A stretch of DNA of 64,000 nucleotides from an uncultured Acidobacteriota bacterium (lineage in GTDB: Bacteria > Acidobacteriota > Thermoanaerobaculia > UBA5066 > Gp7-AA6). The notes under the pieces are model-generated. The model saw only the letters and a program-made list of their open reading frames with translations, was not told where the DNA came from and searched no databases. The DNA lies in assembly GCA_963775725.1 (NCBI GenBank), contig CAVZKA010000001.1:1609468-1673467 (forward strand). Reading direction: 5' to 3'. This document shows, piece by piece, positions 40,231-50,898 of the stretch (the stretch's first letter is position 1; each line of letters opens with the position of its first letter). The position numbers and the translations under genes are program-made.

Positions 40231-41031
40231 CTATCGTGTGCGGGCCGGGGCATTCCCCGGCCCTGTTTTTTCCGGCCCGACCAGCGGCTCGCAGGCGTTG
40301 ACGATCGCGGTCTCGAATCCCGAGGCAATGGTCACGGTCGCCGAGGCGAGCGGCTTCCCCTCGGCGCGCAGCTCGAGGCGGTAGTCGCCGCCCGCCGTGA
40401 AGAAGCGGCCGGTCTTCACGGTCTCCCGGATCTCGAGCGGCGCGGGCGCCGCGGGGATCGCGAGCAGCGTCTCCACGGCGCCGCCGGGCGCGATCGCGAC
40501 GAGCGCGGCGCCCCGCGGCACCGCGCTGCCGACGTGGGCGACGAGCGTCAGGCGATCCACGCTGCCCGCCAGCTGCCACAGCGCTTCCTTCGAAACGCCG
40601 CCGGGGACGAAAGCGCGCAGGGCGTCGTAGGGCGGCTCGCGGCGGTTCGTCTTGAGGATCCCGCCGATCGGCATCCTGATCCAGCCGCGGACGGCGACGG
40701 GGTTGCCCTCGATCGTCCCGGGCGAGAAGGTCGCGTGTTGGAGCGAGGCCTCGGCGAAGGGTGCAAGCGGCGGGACCGAAGTCGCGACGAGCCGGATCGT
40801 GCCGGCCCGTCCGTCGCGCCCGACGACGATCTCCTCGACGACTTCGGCGCCCAGGCGCGCCGCGACGTAGCTCTGGGGCAGGGCCACCGGCCCGGCCGCG
40901 ATCAGTGCGGGAGGGGTCAGGCCCGCACAGGCGGGCACGGCGGCCACGGGCGCGGAGCTCGTCGCGCAGCCGATCGCCGAAGCGATCACGGACACCGCGG
41001 CGGCCGCCAGGCGGGCGCGGGCGTGCCTCAC
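40231..41031 (-). CDS. Putative lipoprotein with a TonB C-terminal-like domain
   Basis: IASAIGC lipobox-like; VVGRDG...FSPGTIEGNPVAV. Confidence 0.55.
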   Translation of the reverse strand: MRHARARLAAAAVSVIASAIGCATSSAPVAAVPACAGLTPPALIAAGPVALPQSYVAARLGAEVVEEIVVGRDGRAGTIRLVATSVPPLAPFAEASLQHATFSPGTIEGNPVAVRGWIRMPIGGILKTNRREPPYDALRAFVPGGVSKEALWQLAGSVDRLTLVAHVGSAVPRGAALVAIAPGGAVETLLAIPAAPAPLEIRETVKTGRFFTAGGDYRLELRAEGKPLASATVTIASGFETAIVNACEPLVGPEKTGPGNAPARTR

Positions 41032-41780
41032 GATTGGGGGATCACGAACTGGAAGTGATCCGGGTCGGCCGCGAGCCAGAATTGCCCGCCGCCCGCCGGC
41101 AGCCCGTTGACGGTGAACTTCAGCGCCCACACCCCGTCCTCCCAGTCGTTGCCGATCTGCGCGACGACGGGAAACCGCACCTCGGTCGCTCGGGCGGCGA
41201 CGGCGACGGGCGGCTGGAAGACCGCGACGTGGCGTCCCTTCGCGGACACCGCCTCGACTTTCACGGTCAGCGTGCGCGCCTCCCCCATCGGCGGCAGATC
41301 CAGGAGCACCTCCGCACGCAGGGCCGCGTCCTTGCCGCGCTGGATCGGGAAGCCCTCGGGCGCGGTCGCCTTTCCCGCCGCATTGGCCGGTGCGATGGCG
41401 ATGTCGCCGAGGATGGGCATCTCGATCGAGCCCCGTTTGTCGCCCTGGATGCGGAAGCGGACGCCCACGTTGGCGAAGATCTCGATCGGCTTGCCGTTCT
41501 TCGCAGCCGGCTTGAACCGCCACTGCTCGACGGCGTCGATCGCCGGCTTGATGAAGGCGTTGTTGCTCGTCGCGACGACGCGCAGGTCGCTGATCTGTCC
41601 CTTCGCGTCGATGCGTCCGGCCAGCAGCACGTTGCCCTGGCGCTCGGTCTTGAACAGGCCCTCGGGGTACACGGGGTCGACCTTCTTGGTCTGGACGGCG
41701 GCGCGATCCTGTCCCGTGGCCGCGACGGCGGCCAGGACGGCAAAGGCGCAGACGAGGAGCGTACGGCGGCTCTGGCGCAT
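41028..41780 (-). CDS. Exported protein with a TonB C-terminal domain
   Basis: PVYPE...QGNVLL...IDAKG...AVEQWRFKPA..NGKPI. Confidence 0.8.
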   Translation of the reverse strand: MRQSRRTLLVCAFAVLAAVAATGQDRAAVQTKKVDPVYPEGLFKTERQGNVLLAGRIDAKGQISDLRVVATSNNAFIKPAIDAVEQWRFKPAAKNGKPIEIFANVGVRFRIQGDKRGSIEMPILGDIAIAPANAAGKATAPEGFPIQRGKDAALRAEVLLDLPPMGEARTLTVKVEAVSAKGRHVAVFQPPVAVAARATEVRFPVVAQIGNDWEDGVWALKFTVNGLPAGGGQFWLAADPDHFQFVIPQS

Positions 41781-41788
41781 GGAGGTCC

Positions 41789-42697
41789 TTACGCCGCCGG
41801 CCCTTCGAGGGCGCGGCGGGCGTGGTACGAGGAGCGGACGAGCGGACCCGATTCGACGCGCGCAAAACCCATGGCTTCGCCCTCGCGCCGCAGCCGCTCG
41901 AATTCCTCCGGTGTGTAGTAGCGCTCGATCGGCAGTCGCCGTTCGTGCGGTTGCAGGTACTGGCCGATCGTGGCGATGTCGCAGCCGGCGGCCTTGAGGT
42001 CGCGCAGGAGCCGGAGCACCTCGTCCTCGGTCTCGCCGAGGCCGACCATGAGGCCGGACTTCGTCTTGAGCGCGAGCCCGTCGCGCCTCCGGCGTCGGGC
42101 GGCGCGCGCGATCAGCGCCAGGGACTGCGCGTACCCGGCGTCGGGGCGCACGCGGCGGTAGAGGCGCTCGACGGTCTCCATGTTGTGATTCAGGATCTCC
42201 GGCGCTGCGTCGAGAACGCGGTCGAGCGCGCCGCCGTCGCCCTGGAAGTCGGGGATGAGCACTTCGATCGTGCAGCCGGGAATGCGCCGGCGGATCGCGA
42301 GGATCGTCGCCGCGAAGTGCGCCGCGCCTCCGTCGGGCAGGTCGTCGCGGTTGACCGACGTCACGACGGCGTGCGAGAGGCCGAGCTCCTTCGCCGCCTC
42401 GGCCACGCGTTCGGGCTCTTCCGGATCGAGCGAGGCGGGCTTTCCCTTGCCGACCGCGCAGAAGCCGCAGTGCCGGGTGCAGATGTCGCCCATGAGCATG
42501 AACGTGGCGGTTCGCTCGCGCGCCCAGCACTCGTGGATGTTCGGGCAGCGGGCCTCTTCGCAAACGGTCACGAGCGAGAGGCGCCGCATCATGGCGCGGA
42601 CCTCCTCGTACTCGCCGGTGGTGTTCAATCGGACCCTCAGCCACTCCGGCCGCTCGAGGCGGGAGGCGCGGCCGAGGGCGGGCAGATCGCTCTTCAC
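41789..42697 (-). CDS. lipA: Lipoyl synthase
   Basis: [41 protein letters not shown]. Confidence 0.96.
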   Translation of the reverse strand: MKSDLPALGRASRLERPEWLRVRLNTTGEYEEVRAMMRRLSLVTVCEEARCPNIHECWARERTATFMLMGDICTRHCGFCAVGKGKPASLDPEEPERVAEAAKELGLSHAVVTSVNRDDLPDGGAAHFAATILAIRRRIPGCTIEVLIPDFQGDGGALDRVLDAAPEILNHNMETVERLYRRVRPDAGYAQSLALIARAARRRRRDGLALKTKSGLMVGLGETEDEVLRLLRDLKAAGCDIATIGQYLQPHERRLPIERYYTPEEFERLRREGEAMGFARVESGPLVRSSYHARRALEGPAA

Positions 42698-43380
42698 GGA
42701 CGGATTATCTCCCGGCCGAAGACGTCGCCGAAATGGGGCAGGACCACCCGCGCGACGTCCTCCGGGGCGAGTCGTCGGCCCGTGAGGCGCTCGATGGTGG
42801 TGACGCCGCCGTCCGTGATGCCGCAAGGGACGATCCCGGCAAAGTACTGCAGAGGCGCGTCCGTGACGTTGAGCGCGAAGCCGTGCGTCGTGATCCAGCG
42901 CGAGAGGTGCACGCCGATCGCGGCGATCTTGTCGTTGCCCACCCAGACGGACGTGACGCGCTCCTTCGTGGACGCGCGCGCGGCCCGCACGCCGAGCTCC
43001 GCGAGGGTCCGGATCAGGACTTCCTCGAGGTCCGTGACGTAGCGCTTCACGTCGCGCCGGTCGGGCGAGAGGTTCAGGATCGGGTAGCCGACGAGCTGCC
43101 CCGGGCCGTGGTACGTGACCTTGCCGCCCCGGTTGGACTCGCGGACCGCGACGCCGAGGTCGCGTCGGCGTTCCGGCGTGAAGAGGATGTCGGCGGCCGC
43201 CGCGTTGCGGCCGAGCGTGTAGACCGGCTCGTGCTCGAGCAGCAGGAGCCGTTCCGGACCGCCCGCGGCCACCTCCGCGGCGGCCGACGTCTGCCGTTCG
43301 AGCGCGCGGTCGTAGTCGATCCGGTCGAGCCACTCGGCGCGGACCATTCGGGTGTGACGGCGTGGGGCGAGGGCTGCCAT
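42694..43380 (-). CDS. lipB: Lipoyl(octanoyl) transferase
   Basis: [47 protein letters not shown]. Confidence 0.96.
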   Translation of the reverse strand: MAALAPRRHTRMVRAEWLDRIDYDRALERQTSAAAEVAAGGPERLLLLEHEPVYTLGRNAAAADILFTPERRRDLGVAVRESNRGGKVTYHGPGQLVGYPILNLSPDRRDVKRYVTDLEEVLIRTLAELGVRAARASTKERVTSVWVGNDKIAAIGVHLSRWITTHGFALNVTDAPLQYFAGIVPCGITDGGVTTIERLTGRRLAPEDVARVVLPHFGDVFGREIIRP

Positions 43381-43401
43381 CGGGCCAGTCTACCTTTGGC
43401 T

Positions 43402-44205
43402 TCAGCGCCCGAGCAGGAGCGTGTCCTGGCCCGTCACGTGCGCCGAGCCCGGGAAGTATCCGGGCGACATCCACTGTATGCGAAGGCCCGCCTCGTGGAC
43501 GATGCGCTCGAAGGCCGAACGCTCGTAGGCGACGGCGGCGCTCGGTCTCGCCCGCAGCCGCCAGCGGAAAGTTCCGTCGTCCGAGGCGAAGGGAAAAGCG
43601 CGGCGCACGAGCGCCCGCCGTTCGGCGCCGCCCTCGAAGAGAAAGGCCGTGACCACGGCCGCGCTGCCGGGCTTCAAGGTCCGCCGGGTTTCGGCGAGAT
43701 AGTGCGCGGCCTCGGGGGCGAGCAGGTGGGTGAACACCGATTTGGCGAGGATCAGAGTTGCCTCCGCGTCCTCGATGGGAAAGCGAAAGCTGGTGGCCGC
43801 GGGCCCCTCGGCCGAACCGTACGCCGACGCGATCTTCGCGAGGCAGAACGCGAGGCGGGGGTCCTTCGCGTAGTGGTTGCGGCACCACTCGATCGAGGGG
43901 GCGTGGACGTCGAACCCGACGTACCGGCCCCCCGGCCCGAGGCGCCGGGCAAGTTCGGGCACCATCGCTCCCGCGCCGCAGCCGATGTCGAGGACATGGG
44001 CGTCCGGGCCGACCAGTCCGAGGCCGTCGAGAAACTGCGCCGTCTCGCGCGCCGCGCTTTCGAATCGCGAGACCGGTCCCGTATGGCGCCGCAGCCACAG
44101 GGGGGGCAGGGGATCCTTCCCCGCCAGGGCGCGCCAGGCCCGGTCCGCCGGCCCGGCGAGGCGGTAGGCGAGCGTGCGGACGCGAACGAGCGCCTGCGCG
44201 ATCAC
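43402..44205 (-). CDS. Class I SAM-dependent methyltransferase
   Basis: [20 protein letters not shown]. Confidence 0.85.
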   Translation of the reverse strand: MIAQALVRVRTLAYRLAGPADRAWRALAGKDPLPPLWLRRHTGPVSRFESAARETAQFLDGLGLVGPDAHVLDIGCGAGAMVPELARRLGPGGRYVGFDVHAPSIEWCRNHYAKDPRLAFCLAKIASAYGSAEGPAATSFRFPIEDAEATLILAKSVFTHLLAPEAAHYLAETRRTLKPGSAAVVTAFLFEGGAERRALVRRAFPFASDDGTFRWRLRARPSAAVAYERSAFERIVHEAGLRIQWMSPGYFPGSAHVTGQDTLLLGR

Positions 44206-45458
44206 GGTGCCCGGGGCGGCTCGGGCCGCCGCGCCGAGACCGTGGCGGCGCCGTAGGCCGCATACAAAATGAGGACCGGGTCCCAGTACGTCGTGCGGTA
44301 CCTCCAGTTGACCTCCAGCGCGACGTGCTCGAGCATCGTGACGGCGAGGAATACCAGGCAGAACACCCGCACGCCGGGGCGCTCGGCGCGCGCGAATCCG
44401 AGCCCGCCGAGGACGTAGAGAACGACGAAGAACGTTCCGACTCCGGCGACCGCCCAGCCCGGCCAGTAACGGGGATCGGGGTACGGCCGCAGCCAGGTCA
44501 TCGTCTTCCAGGTCAGCAGGCGGACGGTGCCCTCAGGGTTTGCGCGGCGCTCTTCCAACGCCGCCCGCACGAGCGCGCGCGAGAGTCGGGATGGAGAGTC
44601 CTGGACCTCGGCGGAGAGGCTCGCGATGCGACCGCGCAGCGCGCTCTCGATCCGCAGCGCCGCCCGGTCGATCTCCGCGCGATTCCGCGCGTTGGCGGCC
44701 TCCAGCGCCACGTCGGCATTGCGCCCGTAGAAGACGCACCCGGCGCCGTCGTTGACGAGAATCAGCTCGTGAAAGACCAGCGCGTTCCGGACCGTCCACG
44801 GCAGGAGCACGGCGCCGAAGCCGAGCAGGGCCGAAAGGACGATGTGCTCACGTGCCCGGAAGGGAACCCGCCGATCCCAGAGCGCTCCGAGCAGCAGCGG
44901 CGGCAGCGCGAGCGCGGACGAGCGCGTCAGCGCCGCGGCGGCCAGAAACGCGCCTGCGGCGACCGCGAGGTTGGAGGAGGGGCGATCGGTCGCGGCGAGG
45001 AAGAGGTAGCCGGCGGAAAGAAGCAGCACCAGGAAAAGCGGTTCCGACTGGATGTCGAGGGCAACGAGGACCTGTGTGGGGCAGAAGGCGGCGATCAGAC
45101 CGGTGCCGATCGCCAGCCGGCGCCGTCGAAAGATCCGCGCCGACAAGGCCGCGACGATGAGCGCCGCCAGGGCCCCGAGCACGTCGTTGGCGAGCTTGGC
45201 GACCGGGGTGCGCTCCGGATGCCCGAGCGTCACGAGGGCGAGAAACGCCGGGTACCCTGGGGGCCGGAAGATGTGAAGCGTGGGGTCGGTCCGGCGCGGG
45301 TATTGCCCCGTGTCCGCGAGCGCGCGGGCGCCCATCACGTATGCCGGGGCGTCGGGAAACCGGGCGGTCGCGAAACCGGCGACGGCGGTCGCGACGACCC
45401 GGACCGCGAGCGCGACGAGAAAGATCGCCGCGCTCGCCCGGCGCCCGAGCCGGGGAAT
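44202..45458 (-). CDS. GT-C (ArnT/PMT-like) membrane glycosyltransferase; start uncertain
   Basis: FPDAPAY...FRPPGYP...SEPLF...LTRS...PWTVRN. The first TM helix lies upstream of the first canonical start (45338). Confidence 0.72.
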   Translation of the reverse strand: MPRLGRRASAAIFLVALAVRVVATAVAGFATARFPDAPAYVMGARALADTGQYPRRTDPTLHIFRPPGYPAFLALVTLGHPERTPVAKLANDVLGALAALIVAALSARIFRRRRLAIGTGLIAAFCPTQVLVALDIQSEPLFLVLLLSAGYLFLAATDRPSSNLAVAAGAFLAAAALTRSSALALPPLLLGALWDRRVPFRAREHIVLSALLGFGAVLLPWTVRNALVFHELILVNDGAGCVFYGRNADVALEAANARNRAEIDRAALRIESALRGRIASLSAEVQDSPSRLSRALVRAALEERRANPEGTVRLLTWKTMTWLRPYPDPRYWPGWAVAGVGTFFVVLYVLGGLGFARAERPGVRVFCLVFLAVTMLEHVALEVNWRYRTTYWDPVLILYAAYGAATVSARRPEPPRAP

Positions 45459-45468
45459 CGGACGGGGA

Positions 45469-46884
45469 CTATCCGAGGTCGAACTCTCCGGATTCGAGCG
45501 TCGTCTTGATGCTCGCCATGAACTTGTCCGCGTCCGCGCCGTCGATCAGGCGGTGGTCGAAGGAGAGCGCGAGGTACCCGACGGTGCGGATGCCGAGCGC
45601 GTCCTGGCCGTGCTCGTCGGCGACGACGACGGGGCGCTTCTCGATCGTGCCGACGCCGAGGATCGCGACCTGCGGCTGCGGGATGACCGGAGTTCCAAAG
45701 AGGGAGCCGAAGACGCCCGGATTTGTGACGGTGAACGTGCCGCCGTGGATCTCTTCGGGCTTCAGGCGCTTGGTCCGCGCCCGCTCGGCGAGGTCCTGCG
45801 TGGCGCGCGCGAGGCCGAGGATCGACTTCTCGTCGGCGTTCTTGATCACGGGCACGATCAGGCCCCAGTCGAGGGCGACCGCCATCCCGAGGTGGATGTC
45901 CTTGTGGTACACGATCGACTCGCCGTCGATGGACGCATTGACCTGCGGGAACTGGCGCAGGCTCTGGATCGCGGCGCGAAAGATGAAGGGCAGGTACGTC
46001 AGCTTGACGCCGTTCTTGGCGAGGAAGTCGTCCTTGTGCTTCGACCGGATCCGCGCGATGTTCGTGTAGTCGACCTGGAAGACCGTCGTGACGTGGGCCG
46101 AGGTCCTCTTGGAGAGGATCATGTTCTCGGCCGTGATCTTGCGGATCTTCGTCATCGCGACGACCTCGTCGCGGTCGGTCACCGAGATGGCCGGGCGCGG
46201 CACGGGCGCCGGCGCGGGCTCGGCCCTGCCGACCACGGGCGCCGGGGCTTCGAGTGCGGCGGCGGCCGCCGCCGGGGCCGAGGCCACCTTGCGGTTCTCG
46301 ATGTAGGAAAGGATGTCGTTCTTCGTCACGCGGTTGTGGATGCCCGTGCCGTCGACCTCGCCGACCTCGATCGCGTGTTCCTGGGCGATCTTGCGGACGA
46401 GCGGGGACGAACGGCGGCGGATGCGCTCCTCGATCGACTCGACCTGGCCGCCGGTCGCCTCGACGGGGACCGGACGGGCGGCGGCGGGAGGCGCGGGCGC
46501 GCGCACTGCTGGCGGCGCAGGGGGAGCCGGTGCGGCCGGAGCCGGGGCGGGCGGAGGCGGCGCGACGGGCGCGGGCTCCGGCGCCTTCGGCGCGGCGGCG
46601 ACGGCCGGTGCCGCCGCCAAAGCGGGGGCCGCGGCGGGCTTCTCGGCCGCCTCGCCGATCACCCCGACGACCGTGTTGATGGCGACGGTCGCGCCCTCCT
46701 GGACCTTGATCTCGATCAGGGTTCCGGCGACGGGCGACGGGATCTCGGCGTCGACCTTGTCGGTCGAGATCTCGAAGATCGGCTCGTCGCGCTTGACCGC
46801 GTCGCCGACCTTCTTCAACCACTTCGTGATGGTTCCCTCGGCGATCGACTCGCCCATCTGCGGCATGATGACTTGGGTGGCCAT
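45469..46884 (-). CDS. 2-oxoacid dehydrogenase E2 (dihydrolipoamide acyltransferase)
   Basis: Lipoyl domain MPQMGESIAEGT...STDKVD; SPLVRKIA; GGTFTVTN; SFDHRLIDG. Confidence 0.93.
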   Translation of the reverse strand: MATQVIMPQMGESIAEGTITKWLKKVGDAVKRDEPIFEISTDKVDAEIPSPVAGTLIEIKVQEGATVAINTVVGVIGEAAEKPAAAPALAAAPAVAAAPKAPEPAPVAPPPPAPAPAAPAPPAPPAVRAPAPPAAARPVPVEATGGQVESIEERIRRRSSPLVRKIAQEHAIEVGEVDGTGIHNRVTKNDILSYIENRKVASAPAAAAAALEAPAPVVGRAEPAPAPVPRPAISVTDRDEVVAMTKIRKITAENMILSKRTSAHVTTVFQVDYTNIARIRSKHKDDFLAKNGVKLTYLPFIFRAAIQSLRQFPQVNASIDGESIVYHKDIHLGMAVALDWGLIVPVIKNADEKSILGLARATQDLAERARTKRLKPEEIHGGTFTVTNPGVFGSLFGTPVIPQPQVAILGVGTIEKRPVVVADEHGQDALGIRTVGYLALSFDHRLIDGADADKFMASIKTTLESGEFDLG

Positions 46885-46919
46885 GGTTCCTTCTCCTCTT
46901 CGCGACCGAAGAATAACAT

Positions 46920-46950
46920 CCGTTCGCCGGCAATAAGACGCCGTTGGCCG
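46920..46950 (+). promoter_or_regulatory. Putative LytTR-family binding site (direct repeat, 21-bp period)
   Basis: CCGTTCGCCG (46920-46929) and CCGTTGGCCG (46941-46950) upstream of the LiaF-like/LytS/LytTR operon. Confidence 0.65.
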
Positions 46951-47005
46951 AAAAGAGAGAGACACCTCCGTGCGGCTCTCGTAGCGTGTCGTTGGAGGAC
47001 GCCCC

Positions 47006-47758
47006 ATGAACGACGCTCAGGGTTTCCGGATCAACGAGAAGATCATCACGGGAGTGCTCCTGCTGTTGCTGGGAGCCCTGTTCATCCTCGACAACTTCCA
47101 CGTGATCGATGCGGGCAGCCTCTGGGACTACTGGCCGCTCTTCCTCATCGGGCCGGGCCTCTCGCGGCTGCTGATGCCCGCGCGGCCGGGCCAGAGGGTC
47201 GGCGGCCTCATCCTCGTCGTGATCGGTTCCTTCTTTCTCCTGAGGAACCTCGGCTTCTTCTGGGTGTCCTTCCACAAGGTCTGGCCGTTCGCGCTCGTGG
47301 CCCTCGGCCTCTACGTGATCTGGCAGGCGGCCTCGCCGCGCGTACCGGCGGCGATGACGGGCTCGATGGGCGGTGGGCCGGCCAGCCTGGCGCCGGGCGC
47401 CCCGGCGGGTTCGGGCGGACCGCCTGCCCTGAGCGAGTTCGCGCTCTGCGGCGGCGGTCACCGCATCGTCCAGACCTCGGACTTCCGCGGTGGAACGGTC
47501 ACGGTGATCGCCGGCGCCTTCGACATCGACCTGCGCAGGACCACGATCGCGAGCGACAGCGCGAGCGTCGAGATCTTCGCGATGATGGGCGGCTGCGTAT
47601 TTCGCGTGCCGGAGACCTGGAGGGTCGAGCTGAACGTCACGCCGCTGCTCGGCGGCGTCGACATGAAGGCGCGGATGGTCGCGCCGGCGGAAGGGGCTCC
47701 GAAGATCCTGCGGATCAACGGCTTCATCCTGATGGGCGGCGTGGAAGTGAAGAACTAG
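47006..47758 (+). CDS. LiaF/DUF5668-like membrane protein
   Basis: Two LWDYWP/KVWP TM modules plus C-terminal FRGG...IDLR...VPETW...MGGVEVKN. Confidence 0.8.
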   Translation: MNDAQGFRINEKIITGVLLLLLGALFILDNFHVIDAGSLWDYWPLFLIGPGLSRLLMPARPGQRVGGLILVVIGSFFLLRNLGFFWVSFHKVWPFALVALGLYVIWQAASPRVPAAMTGSMGGGPASLAPGAPAGSGGPPALSEFALCGGGHRIVQTSDFRGGTVTVIAGAFDIDLRRTTIASDSASVEIFAMMGGCVFRVPETWRVELNVTPLLGGVDMKARMVAPAEGAPKILRINGFILMGGVEVKN

Positions 47759-47801
47759 GGCCATGCAGAGCCGTCACGCAACGACCGACGTCGACTGAGC
47801 C

Positions 47802-48863
47802 ATGCATCCCATCCTCGCTCACCGCGGCCGCCTGCTCCCGTACCTCGCCGCCTGCGCGCCGCTCGGCCTGATCCTCACGGGGCTGCTCGCGCGGCCCGGA
47901 GCCCTCGCGCTCGGCCCGGCGGCGGCGCTTGGTTTCCCGCTGACCCTCGCGTTCGCCTTCATGGGCCTCTCGGCCTGGTACCCGTGCCGACGCCTTCCGG
48001 TGAAGGCGACCCGCCTTTCGCTGCTGCTCGCGACGCACGGGGTGGCGGCGCTCCTGACGAGCAGCGTCTGGGTCGTCCTCGGCGCGGGCCTGGCGCGTCT
48101 GCTGGCGCTCGCGCCCGGGTGGGAGGCGCTGCCGGTGCAGTACGACGCGGAAGTCCCCTCGCTCTTCGCGGCGGGCGTCCTGCTCTACCTGCTCTCGGTC
48201 GCCATGCACTACGTGCTCGCCGCCATGGAGGCGGCCCGGGAGTCCGAGCAGCGGGAGGCGGAGCTCACGATCCTGGCGCGGGAGGCGGAGCTGGCGGCGC
48301 TCAAGGCCCAGATCCGCCCGCACTTTCTCTTCAACAGCCTGAACTCCATCTCGGCGCTCGCCGGGAGCGACCCGCCGCGCGCCCAGCAGATGTGCGTGCT
48401 GCTCGGCGACTTCCTGCGCAAGAGCCTCGCGCTCGGCGAGAAGGCGAGCATCTCGATCGGCGAGGAGCTGGCGCTGTCGCGCTCCTACCTCGCCGTCGAA
48501 GAGCTCCGGTTCGGCGCGCGTCTCGACGTCGAAGAGGACCTCGACGAGCGCGGTCGAGGCTGCCTGATTCCGCCCCTGCTGCTCCAGCCTCTGGTCGAGA
48601 ACGCGGTCCGGCACGGGATCGCGACGCGGGTCGACGGCGGAAAGGTGCGCCTCGGCATTGCCTGCGGCGGCGGCCGCGTGAGGATCCTGATCGAGAATCC
48701 CTTCGACCCCGAGAGCCCCGTGCGTCGGGGCAGCGGCCGCGGGCTCACCAACGTGCGCCAGCGCCTGGCCGCCCGGTACGGCGACAGCGCGATGTTCGCG
48801 GCCAGGCCGCTCGGCGACCGGTACCTCGTCGTGATCTCGGTGCCGGCGGAGATGTCGGCGTGA
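47802..48863 (+). CDS. LytS/AlgZ-family sensor histidine kinase
   Basis: LKAQIRPHFLFNSLN, LQPLVENAVRHG, GLTNVRQRL. Confidence 0.92.
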   Translation: MHPILAHRGRLLPYLAACAPLGLILTGLLARPGALALGPAAALGFPLTLAFAFMGLSAWYPCRRLPVKATRLSLLLATHGVAALLTSSVWVVLGAGLARLLALAPGWEALPVQYDAEVPSLFAAGVLLYLLSVAMHYVLAAMEAARESEQREAELTILAREAELAALKAQIRPHFLFNSLNSISALAGSDPPRAQQMCVLLGDFLRKSLALGEKASISIGEELALSRSYLAVEELRFGARLDVEEDLDERGRGCLIPPLLLQPLVENAVRHGIATRVDGGKVRLGIACGGGRVRILIENPFDPESPVRRGSGRGLTNVRQRLAARYGDSAMFAARPLGDRYLVVISVPAEMSA

Positions 48864-49612
48864 GCGACGATGACGCCGTGGGCGTCCTCATCGTCGACGA
48901 CGAGGAGCCCGCCCGCACGATCCTGCGCGAGCACCTCGGAACGGTCGGCGGCGTGCGCATCCTCGGCGAGTGCGCCAACGGGTTCGAGGCCGTCCGCGCG
49001 GCGGGGGAGCTTTCTCCCGATATCGTCTTTCTCGACATCGAGATGCCGAAGCTCAACGGGTTCGAGGTGCTCGAGCTGCTCGAGCCGGGCATCGCGGTGG
49101 TGTTCGTGACGGCCTACGACGAGCACGCTGTGAAGGCCTTCGACGTCCACGCCGTCGACTACGTCTTGAAGCCGTTCTCCCCGGAGCGCATCGCGGCGGC
49201 CGTCGCCCGCGCGCGCGAGCGTTTGCGCCGCGGGGAGACGGTGGCGGCCTCGACGGTCGCCGCGGCGGCCCGGCCCGAAGGCACGTTCGCGACCCGCATC
49301 GTCGTCCGGGACGGCAGCCGCGTCCATCTCATCCCGGCCGACCAGCTCGATGCCGCGGAGGCCCAGGACGACTACGTCGCGTTGAAGAGCGGCGGCAGGA
49401 CGTACCTGAAGCACCAGACGCTCTCGGCGCTCGCGGCCTCGCTCGACCCGGCCCGGTTCGTGCGAGTGCACCGCTCGCACATCGTCCGCCTGGCGGCGCT
49501 CGCGCGCCTCGAGGCATACGCGAAGGGGAGCCACGTCGCGATCCTGACCGACGGCTCGCGTGTTCCCGTCAGCCGCGACGGCCACGCGCGGTTGAGAGAG
49601 CTGTTCGGCTAG
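48860..49612 (+). CDS. LytTR-family response regulator
   Basis: IVDDE, FLDIEMP, FVTAYD, DYVLKP, FVRVHRS, VSR. Confidence 0.93.
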   Translation: MSDDDAVGVLIVDDEEPARTILREHLGTVGGVRILGECANGFEAVRAAGELSPDIVFLDIEMPKLNGFEVLELLEPGIAVVFVTAYDEHAVKAFDVHAVDYVLKPFSPERIAAAVARARERLRRGETVAASTVAAAARPEGTFATRIVVRDGSRVHLIPADQLDAAEAQDDYVALKSGGRTYLKHQTLSALAASLDPARFVRVHRSHIVRLAALARLEAYAKGSHVAILTDGSRVPVSRDGHARLRELFG

Positions 49613-49689
49613 CCGGCTGCGAGTGTCCCGACCGAGCCGCCGCGTGGCGCTATCGACACTTCCGTGACGGAACACTAGACTCGGGCCCC

Positions 49690-50892
49690 GTGCGGTTTTT
49701 TCGAACGCTCGCGCCGGCACTCGCGGTCCTCGTGGCGCTCGGCTGCGCGGCGCCCCCCAGGCCCGACGGCTTCTACATCGCTCCCAAGCGCAAGAAATCG
49801 GCCGTGTCGGAGGAGCGCGAGTCGGTCCGGCGCCGCAGGCCGGGGGACCTCCTGCGCTCGGAACCCATGACACCGCCCTTGCCTGGCACGGCGGCGTGGA
49901 AGATCCTGTACGCGTCGACCGGGCTCGACGGGGAGAGCATCGAGGTGTCGGGCGTGGTCATCGCGCCGACGCGGCAGGCCCCCATCCACGGCCGCAACGT
50001 CGTGGCGTGGGCGCACCCGACGACCGGAGTCGCCCGGAACTGCGCGCCCTCGATCCTGAAGGGCGTGTTCGACACGATTCCGCACCTGCCGGCGCTGATG
50101 GCGCTCGACGACGTGGTCGTTGCCACCGACTATCCGGGCCTCGGCACCAGCGGGCCGCACCCTTACCTCGTCGGCTTGAGCGAGGGGCGCGCGGTGCTCG
50201 ACTCGGTCCGCGCGGCGCAGCAGGTCGAGAAGACGGGCGCGAGCTCGCGGTTCGCGGTGTGGGGCCACTCCCAGGGCGGGCACGCTGCGCTCTTCGCGGG
50301 GCAGCTTGCGAAGACCTACGCGCCGGACCTGACTCTCGTCGGCGTGGCCGCGATCGCACCGGCGACGGACCTCGAGCAGCTCCTGAAGGACGACCAGGAC
50401 GAACGGGCGGGGAAGGTCATCGTCTCCTACTGCGTCTGGTCGTGGTCGCGCATCTACGGGATCCCGATCGAAGACTGGGTCGCGGGTGGCGCGGTGTCCG
50501 CAATCGACCGAGTCGCCGGCGATTGCATCGAGTCGGAGGGGGAGGCGTACGGGGCGCTGATCGCGACGTTCCCGATTCCGTCCAACTACCTTTCGCCCGA
50601 CGTGTTCAGCAACGAACGGTGGCGTCGTTTGCTGGCGGAAAATCGGCCCGGCAACGCCCCGGCGGGCGCGCCGCTCTACGTCGCGCAGGGGACCGACGAC
50701 CCGGTCGTGCGGCCCGCCGTGACCGCGGACTTCGTCGCCGGGCTGTGCCGCGCCGGCGAGACCGTGCGTTACGAAACCTTCCCCGGCGTCGCCCATCTGA
50801 AGGCGGGCCGCATCAGCGCCTCGAGCGCGATCCAGTGGATGAAGAGCCGCTTCGACGGCACCCGCGCGCCGAATACCTGCCCGCCGCTGTAG
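49690..50892 (+). CDS. Secretory lipase-family alpha/beta hydrolase (lipoprotein)
   Basis: VALGC lipobox-like, AWAHPTTG, DYPGLG, GHSQGG, QGTDD. Confidence 0.85.
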   Translation: MRFFRTLAPALAVLVALGCAAPPRPDGFYIAPKRKKSAVSEERESVRRRRPGDLLRSEPMTPPLPGTAAWKILYASTGLDGESIEVSGVVIAPTRQAPIHGRNVVAWAHPTTGVARNCAPSILKGVFDTIPHLPALMALDDVVVATDYPGLGTSGPHPYLVGLSEGRAVLDSVRAAQQVEKTGASSRFAVWGHSQGGHAALFAGQLAKTYAPDLTLVGVAAIAPATDLEQLLKDDQDERAGKVIVSYCVWSWSRIYGIPIEDWVAGGAVSAIDRVAGDCIESEGEAYGALIATFPIPSNYLSPDVFSNERWRRLLAENRPGNAPAGAPLYVAQGTDDPVVRPAVTADFVAGLCRAGETVRYETFPGVAHLKAGRISASSAIQWMKSRFDGTRAPNTCPPL

Positions 50893-50898
50893 GCGGCG

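Noticed and set aside
46190-46650. Repeat-like GC-rich stretch in E2
   Set aside because: Ordinary Ala/Pro-rich inter-domain linker of dihydrolipoamide acyltransferases.
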